Source of the DNA: a virus
Lineage: Duplodnaviria; Caudoviricetes
Strand: one strand, 5' to 3'
Virus record (IMG/VR): IMGVR_UViG_3300027586_000029
Coordinates: 1-30,514 of that record
DNA length: 30,514 nt
The notes under the pieces are model-generated. The model saw only the letters and a list, made by a program, of their open reading frames with translations, did not search any database and was not told the DNA's origin. Positions 9,022-15,771 of the stretch are shown here, one piece after another. Positions within the stretch are counted from its first letter, which is position 1; the number at the start of each line of letters is the position of its first letter. Both the position numbers and the translations under genes were made by a program.

Positions 9022-11093
9022 TAATATTAAAGAATATCACTCTCCGTAATTTTTTATCAATCGGACAGGTAACACAAGCAGTTAACTTTGACCGCCAAGA
9101 TTTAACACTTATCCTAGGTGAGAATTTAGACTTGGGTGGTGATGGTGCTCGTAATGGTACAGGTAAGACCAGTCTTATTCAAGGCTTAAGTTATGCATTG
9201 TTTGGTGTACCCATTAACAGTATCAGAAAAGATAATTTAGTTAATCGTACAAATGGAAAGGGTATGCTAGTTACATTAGAGTTTAGTGTAGGCGGCATAG
9301 ACTACAAGATTGAGCGTGGTCGTAAACCAAATCTGTTAAGATTTTATGTAAATAACGATTTACAAAAAGGTTTGGATGATGCACAGGGCGAAAACAAAGA
9401 AACACAGTCTCAAATTGAAAAGATACTGTGCATGTCTAGTAGTATGTTCCGGCACATTGTGGCATTGAATACATATAGTGAACCGTTTCTAGCATTAAAA
9501 TCAAATGAACAACGTGAAATTATTGAACAGTTATTGGGTATTACTTTATTAAGTGAGAAAGCAGAAGTTATTAAGACTATGCTTAAGAATACCAAAGATG
9601 ATATTCAAAGCGAAGAATTCAAAGTTAAGGCTGTTGAGGAAGCTAACAAACGGGTCAAAGAACAAATTGAAAGTTTGAAACGTAGACAAGGACTTTGGCA
9701 AAAGAAACATGAAAGTGACTTAGCATACTTAGTTGCACAATATAATGATCTTACCAAAATTAATATTGAGACCGAGTTGTTATCGCACAAAGAACTAGTC
9801 ATATGGAATCAAAAGAAAAAACAACAAGATACATATATCGCACTATTGGCTAGACAAACTGCGTGGAAACAAAAGCAAGAAAAAGATATATGTGACTTAG
9901 AAGATACTGCATTTAAAATGCAACATATCGACATTGTTACAGAAATACTAGCACATAGAGCCTTAGCTGAGTATAATACTAAAACAAAAGAACTAGCAGA
10001 CAGAGATAAAGAAGTTACTAGATTGGACAAAGACTTAGAAAAAGAAAATAAACTAGTTGCTAAGTTAGCATTAGAGATTGTTAAGTTAAAAGATCATACA
10101 TGTTATGCGTGTGGTCAATCATTCCACGATGAACAACATTCTACTGTTTTGGGTGATAAAGAACAATTACTAATCGAATCCAATGTTCATGTAAGAGCAT
10201 TAGCAAAACAATTACAAGAACTGAATGATAAAGAAATTATTGTTGCCGACAAAAAACCAAAGACGCATTACAAAACAGAAGCAGAAGCAATTCGTCACGG
10301 CAGTGATGCAGAAAATATTCGCACAAAGATACTTGAGAAAGAACTAGAAGTTGATCCATATGCAGAACAATTAGCAGAACTTACTATAGTTGAAGTGGGT
10401 CCCATGCCAGTTACTCATTATGATACCGAAACACAAGCAATTGAACATCGTAGTAAAGTATCCGGGCTATTACAAAATATGGAAACAAAGGCTGCTGAAA
10501 CTGATCCATATGATGAACAAGTAATAGAAATGGAATCTAATGCACTACAATCAATTGACTTTGATGCAATTAACAAACTAACAAAGACTATGGAACATCA
10601 AAAGTTTTTGTTAGATATCCTAACTAGTAAAGATAGTTTTGTTCGTAAGAAAATCATTGACCAAAACTTAAGTTACTTGAATAGTAGATTGACACATTAC
10701 TTAGATAAGATTGGGTTACCGCATCAAGTAGTATTTCAAAATGATTTAACGGTTGAAATTACTGAATTGGGTCGTGAACTTGACTTTGATAATCTAAGTC
10801 GGGGTGAACGTAATCGATTGATTCTAGGATTGAGTTTTGCATTCCGTGATGTATGGGAGAACTTATATGCTCCAATCAATACATTGTTCATTGATGAATT
10901 AATTGACAGTGGTCTAGACACAATGGGTGTTGAAAACGCTATTGCTATTCTTAAGGACATGTCACGTAGACGACATAAGTCTATTTGGCTTGTTAGTCAC
11001 CGCGAAGAATTAGCGGGTAGAGTACCTAGTGTATTAAAGGTTGTAAAAGAAAAGGGTTTCACGACCTATAGTACGTCAGTGGATATGGAATAA
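9018..11093 (+). CDS. gp46: Recombination ATPase subunit (Rad50/SbcC-like)
   Basis: Walker A NGTGKTS, coiled coil with zinc hook CYAC, signature LSRGE, Walker B LFIDE, H-loop VSH. Confidence 0.95.
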   Translation: MIILKNITLRNFLSIGQVTQAVNFDRQDLTLILGENLDLGGDGARNGTGKTSLIQGLSYALFGVPINSIRKDNLVNRTNGKGMLVTLEFSVGGIDYKIERGRKPNLLRFYVNNDLQKGLDDAQGENKETQSQIEKILCMSSSMFRHIVALNTYSEPFLALKSNEQREIIEQLLGITLLSEKAEVIKTMLKNTKDDIQSEEFKVKAVEEANKRVKEQIESLKRRQGLWQKKHESDLAYLVAQYNDLTKINIETELLSHKELVIWNQKKKQQDTYIALLARQTAWKQKQEKDICDLEDTAFKMQHIDIVTEILAHRALAEYNTKTKELADRDKEVTRLDKDLEKENKLVAKLALEIVKLKDHTCYACGQSFHDEQHSTVLGDKEQLLIESNVHVRALAKQLQELNDKEIIVADKKPKTHYKTEAEAIRHGSDAENIRTKILEKELEVDPYAEQLAELTIVEVGPMPVTHYDTETQAIEHRSKVSGLLQNMETKAAETDPYDEQVIEMESNALQSIDFDAINKLTKTMEHQKFLLDILTSKDSFVRKKIIDQNLSYLNSRLTHYLDKIGLPHQVVFQNDLTVEITELGRELDFDNLSRGERNRLILGLSFAFRDVWENLYAPINTLFIDELIDSGLDTMGVENAIAILKDMSRRRHKSIWLVSHREELAGRVPSVLKVVKEKGFTTYSTSVDME

Positions 11094-11113
11094 TTTCAAA
11101 GAGAGAATGCAGT

Positions 11114-11121
11114 GATAAGTA
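11114..11121 (+). promoter_or_regulatory. Late promoter variant (GATAAGTA)
   Basis: One mismatch to GATAAATA. It has the same 5-nt gap to the ATG as the portal gene promoter. Confidence 0.5.
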
Positions 11122-11126
11122 AGTCT

Positions 11127-11699
11127 ATGCCAAGTCCACAAAAAGCAAAAGGTTCAGGATACGAGAGAGAAGTTGCAAAATTTCTCTCAGAGTTATACGG
11201 AGAAAGTTTTATCCGTGCTCCTGGATCTGGTGCATATGTGGGTGGCAAGAATCAAGCCAGAACTCAGTTCTTACATGAGGGACAGATTCGTTCTTTTAAG
11301 GGCGATATTGTTCCAGGACAGAGTTTCAGCAAAATGAATGCAGAGTGTAAGTTCTATGCGGACTTTCCGTGGCACCTATTACTGACAGGTGAGTGCAAAC
11401 AACTTGATTCGTGGCTAGCGCAATTACTTGACGTAGAAGATACCGATGATTTAAACATTCTTTTTATGAAGTTTAATCGTAAGGGTCAATATGTAGCAGT
11501 ACAAGGTAAACTAACATGGAAGGCAGATAATTGTCTTTTCTATAGTAGCCCAACATACGGCGATTGGGTAATAATGGAGCATACTAGCTTTTTCAAAAAC
11601 AATGCAGAATTAGTAAAAAAATATTCAGGCACAACAACAGACACCAAGTCAAATAATATAGAAACAAAAGAATTTTTAGATTTAAAAACCGTAGGCTGA
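11127..11699 (+). CDS. PD-(D/E)XK nuclease, Hjc-like Holliday junction resolvase
   Basis: KAKGSGYEREVAKFL...GDIV...AECK motif order is typical of Hjc-type resolvases; follows gp46. Start placed at ATG 11127 (MPSPQK). Confidence 0.75.
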   Translation: MPSPQKAKGSGYEREVAKFLSELYGESFIRAPGSGAYVGGKNQARTQFLHEGQIRSFKGDIVPGQSFSKMNAECKFYADFPWHLLLTGECKQLDSWLAQLLDVEDTDDLNILFMKFNRKGQYVAVQGKLTWKADNCLFYSSPTYGDWVIMEHTSFFKNNAELVKKYSGTTTDTKSNNIETKEFLDLKTVG

Positions 11700-12044
11700 G
11701 TTTGTCAGTCCTCCTTGAGTTTGTACAGATTGTGCTGTGCTGACGGATCTGGAGTATGTACGTTAGCAATAGCGTAGAACACCGAGAGGGCAATCTTCAT
11801 AGGGAACCCTCAATGAGTCTGTAATTAACTCTATCTTGCGATTACAGAACATGCGTTGTCGAAGAACCAAATTGAATTTGGTAGCTTCACTACAGTCCCA
11901 TATTACTTTACAGGACAACCGGTGGCGAATAGTAACATAAAAAGTTAACTAGTCGGGGAATAGATGGCAAAGGATGACGGGCATGGCAAAGTTTTTCCAT
12001 TGGTAGTGCAAATTTGCACTACCATGGCTTCAAAGCGGCAAATT
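11699..12044 (+). ncRNA. Candidate large structured non-coding RNA of unknown class
   Basis: No credible ORF. Many nested stems with G-U pairs and a GCAA tetraloop on the + strand, plus possible 5'/3' end pairing (see findings). Boundaries are approximate. Confidence 0.6.
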
Positions 12045-12092
12045 ATATCTAATCCACTAGAATGAATAAAAAGTATAGTAAGTTTAAAACAT

Positions 12093-12153
12093 TACCGAAC
12101 GTAATACTGAGCGAAGCGAAGTATAAGTGAAGGTAGATGACCGAAGGTCATCT
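12093..12153 (+). other. Two GAA-triloop hairpins, primosome-assembly-site/ssi-like
   Basis: TACC-GA-AC..ATACT-GA-GCGAAGC-GA-AGTAT..GT-GA-A-GGTA and AGATGACC-GAA-GGTCATCT, flanked by AT-rich DNA. Confidence 0.5.
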
Positions 12154-12198
12154 TTAAAGAATAAGGTAATGTAGTTTAAGATAAATGAATAGATACGG

Positions 12199-12429
12199 TT
12201 AAAAGAATGGAAGACCTGATTTCTTAGTAGTATCCATGTTATCTTCAATAATTTTACTTATTGTTTTTCTTTCATTGATGCTCATGTTCAATATATCTAC
12301 ATAACTAGCACCGCCCCGCATATACCAAGACATCTTTAGTGAGCTAGATTTTATCTCCTCACATTCATTCTCCAATTGTTCTATTAGGCCCTTGATTCCC
12401 TCGGAGTCAAGCGAAAGGAGCCTTAACCG
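12199..12429 (-). CDS. 76-codon -1-frame extension of the gp26-like gene (GT-like/gp51-like segment)
   Basis: Not in the ORF track. Open frame RLRLLSLDSEGIKGLIEQLENECEEIKSSSLKMSWYMRGGASYVDILNMSINERKTISKIIEDNMDTTKKSGLPFF*. The first ATG is at 12333 and would give only 44 aa. Confidence 0.75.
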   Translation of the reverse strand, partial: RLRLLSLDSEGIKGLIEQLENECEEIKSSSLKMSWYMRGGASYVDILNMSINERKTISKIIEDNMDTTKKSGLPFF

Positions 12430-12435
12430 AAAAAA
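12387..12435 (-). promoter_or_regulatory. Putative -1 programmed ribosomal frameshift signal
   Basis: Slippery heptamer T TTT TTC (12435-12429) in X XXY YYZ phase, a 6-nt spacer, then a GC-rich stem-loop (12422-12387). Confidence 0.7.
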
Positions 12436-13256
12436 GTTGATGCGTTAATTGTAAACTCTTGGTCGTATTCGTGCTGACAATGCATACATCTAATATGTAA
12501 TGGTTTGTTCTCTGAGTTTTTACGCAACTCTAAGTTCACATTTTTAATTTCTTCAAATGTGTTTTTGTCTATGTTTCTTAAGAATTCTTCAATATATGAT
12601 GGGTCGAATACAGTTGCCTCAGGAGTCTTTATATATTCAATGGTTTTAGTCATTAATTCAATAGTCATATGATTAATAGTTTCTAAAACTTTAGACATTT
12701 TATCATTCTTTGTATTGGGTTCTTGTTCATTTTCCATATCAATCATCATACGTTGCAATTCAAATTGCATGATGTTAGTATTGTTAACTTCTTTATAAGA
12801 CAATGGTTTAAATCTTATAGATAGTTCACCTACAGTTAATGGAGTTTTATAGTCGCCGGGATTAAAGCCAGCTAGTAAGCCAGCTAAGTTCACATCATAT
12901 TTTGATGGTTCAGTACATTTAGGACAATTTGTTTCTATCTCCATTTCATTACCATTAGTAGCCATACGTATTGCTACTAATAATGGATCTAAGTCAACTA
13001 CTGGAATTTGCCATGGATCTAATATATTGGGAACACAACTTTTAATAATTTCAAAAACAGCTACTCCGTTATACAATGCATCCGGGGTTCTGCTAGTAAT
13101 TTCATCAATAGCAGTCATAGGATATACAGGTAATTCACCGTTTTCAGTCATTATTAATGTACCTTCAGCATATCCAGCGCCCTGAGAAGGTAGTTTTAGA
13201 TATAATGCCGGTCTACGAAAATATTGTTGTAGTGGGTTGCTAGTTAGTGTTGCCAT
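12423..13256 (-). CDS. gp26: Baseplate hub/tail assembly chaperone, T4 gp26/gp51 family
   Basis: LKLPS.G..Y...VYPMTAIDE...DLDPLLVAIRMAT.G...CPKC and a second CMHC, ending STFFG. Start placed at ATG 13256 because the track's TTG start is part of the GGAGA RBS. Confidence 0.7.
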   Translation of the reverse strand: MATLTSNPLQQYFRRPALYLKLPSQGAGYAEGTLIMTENGELPVYPMTAIDEITSRTPDALYNGVAVFEIIKSCVPNILDPWQIPVVDLDPLLVAIRMATNGNEMEIETNCPKCTEPSKYDVNLAGLLAGFNPGDYKTPLTVGELSIRFKPLSYKEVNNTNIMQFELQRMMIDMENEQEPNTKNDKMSKVLETINHMTIELMTKTIEYIKTPEATVFDPSYIEEFLRNIDKNTFEEIKNVNLELRKNSENKPLHIRCMHCQHEYDQEFTINASTFFG

Positions 13257-13277
13257 AATTTTCTCCAATTTTTAGAT

Positions 13278-13285
13278 ACTAAATA
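13278..13285 (+). promoter_or_regulatory. Late promoter (ACTAAATA) for the tape-measure-like gene
   Basis: TAAATA core in a short intergenic gap upstream of ATG 13321. Confidence 0.55.
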
Positions 13286-13300
13286 CAATTAGTACCCAAC

Positions 13301-13308
13301 TATTTATA
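13301..13308 (-). promoter_or_regulatory. Late promoter (TATAAATA) for the gp26-like gene
   Basis: Exact T4 late consensus on the minus strand. Confidence 0.7.
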
Positions 13309-13320
13309 GGTAAAAAAACT

Positions 13321-15756
13321 ATGGCAGATTTAAGTCCCGAACAACTACAAGGTTTAGCTGATGCATTAACCGGCACGGCCAGATCCTCTAATGATTTAAC
13401 TAGAGAACAGCAGAATCAAGTACAACGTCAAAGAGAATTACAAGAATCATTAAGAAAAACACGTGAGTATTTTGCTGATTTGGGTAGTACTCTAATCAGC
13501 ACTGAAAGAGGTACTAGTAAGTATGCTAATGCTATCACCGGTGCTACTGATGCAGCCGCTGGATTAGCAAGTCAATTTGGCTTATTAGGGATGGCTGCCG
13601 GGTATGTAATTAAAGCACTAGGTGGGATAGCGGCAGCAAGTTTAAAGCAAAATGATGCATTAATAAAAACTTTTAAAACTTTAAGCGATTTTGGTGCCAT
13701 AGATTTAGATAATAATTTCAAAAATTTAAACGCACAGTTACTAAAATTAGGCTATACAGCAGAAACTTCACAAGAATTTTCAAACACACTTAGAAAAATT
13801 GCTCCTGAATTAGCAATGTTTGGTGGTACCGTATCTGCTGGCGCTCAAAAATTTATAGACGCCGGCGCAGAATTAACCGGTCCTAAAATGCAAAAGCAAT
13901 TGTATAACTTAGGTTATACAAATGAACAGATATTAGATTATGCCGGTAGTTTTATAGCAAGAAATACTAAAAATCAAACATTATTAGATAAGAGTACAGG
14001 AAATGTTGCTAACCAAAGTTTTGGATATTTAAAAACTTTGACTGAACTAACTGCTCTTACTGGTGCAAGCAGAGACCAAGCAGAAGAAGTAGCCAGAGCA
14101 CAGCAATTAGAATTGGGATGGAGATTGCATTTATCAGAAGTTGCAAAACGTAGCCCAGAAGAAGCTAAAAAATTGCAAGAGTCTATGCAATTACAGTTAT
14201 TAGTTAATAAAGATATGGCAATGACTGTCATGGATCAGATTGTTAATAACGGAGCAATAACAACAGAGAATAGCGCACGTAATATAAATTTAGTAGGTGA
14301 CACAGCTTTACGTACTGTTGAAATGGCAAAACGACAAGGTAGTGAGGCTGTTACAGATACAGCAGCCATTCTTAGTAGTAGATTGCCGGCTATTATGGCA
14401 CACATAGAACAATTTGGAGCCACTGGTAAAATATCTGCTGACGCTGCCAAAGAATTAGGTCTAAATGTAGAGTTACTGAATACTCTTACTCGTTTAGGAA
14501 TGATGGATGAAAAAACACTAACAAAATTAAAAACACAAATTGCCGGAATTATAGGTTCAGGTAATGCTAGATTAACATTAGAATCACAAGACGAACAAGA
14601 GCAACGTAAAAGAAGGGCAGCAGCCGAAGAACTTACTCGCCAAATGGGTGACTATATGGTTCCGGGAGTAACTAAGTTTTCAATATTGGTTAATCAGGCA
14701 GGGTTAGCATTAGCAAAATTTACAAGATTTATTACCGGGGGTACAGTTGACTTTGTAGATAATTTTAGAGATTTTAGTAATTTAGAAGAAGTTAAAGATG
14801 CATTAGGGGAATACAAACAAAAAGAACTTGATTTATTACAGAAACGTTTAAAAGCAGAAGAAGAACTTAAAGATGCGTTAGAAGATAAGGCAAGACAAGA
14901 GCGGGCTTATGCAAATGCAAATATCACCGAAACAGAAAGAGGAAAACTCATGGAAGGGGTCAATAAGGCTGTAAAAACAGCAAGAGAAGGCCTTCGTGAA
15001 GTTGATGATGCTACTAGAGCAAACAGAATTAATACTCAACAAGCTGAACAAACAAAAAACACATTAGAAAAACAAAACGCTAGTGGGCAAGGTGGAGGAC
15101 AGGCTATGGCAGGTCCTCAAGGTAGTAGTTTTGCAGGAATAAAAATTAAACCCGGGGCACATACTGAAGGTTCACAACTTGATCCTAGATTACCCGGACT
15201 TGCTAAAAAGATGTCAGAACTTTTTCCGGATGCCTATATCACATCAGCTAATGACGAATATCATAGAACTGGTAATATTGATCCAGCGACCGGTAAAGTT
15301 AGAGGTTCAAAGCACAAAACAGGTGAAGCATTAGATTTTGCATTCCCGCCCGGGAGCACTCCTAGTGTAGAAGAAGGTAACTATATAGTTGATAAGCTAA
15401 TAGGATTAGGATTTAAATCTGCAAGAGATGAATACAATAATCGTAGTGCCGGCGCAACTGGTGGCCACATCCATGCTGAGTTAGCTACTGGTGGTATTGT
15501 ACGCGGACCTAAAACAGGATATCCAGCTATGTTACACGGCACAGAAGCAGTACTTCCAATGAACATGCTTAAAGACTTTAGCAACCAAATAACTAAATTC
15601 CCGTTTACTAGTGGTAGTAATATGGGCGGAACAAATGATATGGATTCGTTACTAAGAATTATGGAACAGGTCTATGGTAAAATAGAAGAAATGGTTGATT
15701 ATCAACGTGCTACTAAGTTTGTACAAGAAGATATTTTAGTCCAAGTCAAACATTAA
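13321..15756 (+). CDS. Tape-measure-like protein with C-terminal M15-type peptidase domain
   Basis: About 590 aa of Ala/Leu/Gln-rich helical sequence, then SKHKTGEALDF...GGHIHAE (LAS zinc-peptidase motifs), then LATGGIVRGP...LHGTEAVLP, typical of tape-measure C-termini. Confidence 0.7.
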   Translation: MADLSPEQLQGLADALTGTARSSNDLTREQQNQVQRQRELQESLRKTREYFADLGSTLISTERGTSKYANAITGATDAAAGLASQFGLLGMAAGYVIKALGGIAAASLKQNDALIKTFKTLSDFGAIDLDNNFKNLNAQLLKLGYTAETSQEFSNTLRKIAPELAMFGGTVSAGAQKFIDAGAELTGPKMQKQLYNLGYTNEQILDYAGSFIARNTKNQTLLDKSTGNVANQSFGYLKTLTELTALTGASRDQAEEVARAQQLELGWRLHLSEVAKRSPEEAKKLQESMQLQLLVNKDMAMTVMDQIVNNGAITTENSARNINLVGDTALRTVEMAKRQGSEAVTDTAAILSSRLPAIMAHIEQFGATGKISADAAKELGLNVELLNTLTRLGMMDEKTLTKLKTQIAGIIGSGNARLTLESQDEQEQRKRRAAAEELTRQMGDYMVPGVTKFSILVNQAGLALAKFTRFITGGTVDFVDNFRDFSNLEEVKDALGEYKQKELDLLQKRLKAEEELKDALEDKARQERAYANANITETERGKLMEGVNKAVKTAREGLREVDDATRANRINTQQAEQTKNTLEKQNASGQGGGQAMAGPQGSSFAGIKIKPGAHTEGSQLDPRLPGLAKKMSELFPDAYITSANDEYHRTGNIDPATGKVRGSKHKTGEALDFAFPPGSTPSVEEGNYIVDKLIGLGFKSARDEYNNRSAGATGGHIHAELATGGIVRGPKTGYPAMLHGTEAVLPMNMLKDFSNQITKFPFTSGSNMGGTNDMDSLLRIMEQVYGKIEEMVDYQRATKFVQEDILVQVKH

Positions 15757-15758
15757 CA

Positions 15759-15766
15759 GATAAATA
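15759..15766 (+). promoter_or_regulatory. Late promoter (GATAAATA) for the portal gene
   Basis: Occupies the 15-nt intergenic gap, 5 nt before the ATG. Confidence 0.7.
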
Positions 15767-15771
15767 TCAGT

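Noticed and set aside
11593-11793. 66-aa minus-strand ORF overlapping the ncRNA candidate
   Set aside because: It is antisense to the nuclease 3' end, has no RBS or recognisable motif, and does not explain the stems.
11780-11900. Group I intron-like words (GGCAATC, CCTCAATGAG, TACAGTCC)
   Set aside because: I could not build a proper P7/P3 core, and no interrupted gene or second exon flanks the region. A cmscan should still be run.
11699-12044. RNase P, tmRNA, tRNA or retron msr-msd identity for the structured region
   Set aside because: There is no GAGGAAAGUCC/P4 pairing, no tRNA-like acceptor or T-arm with CCA, and no reverse transcriptase in the window.
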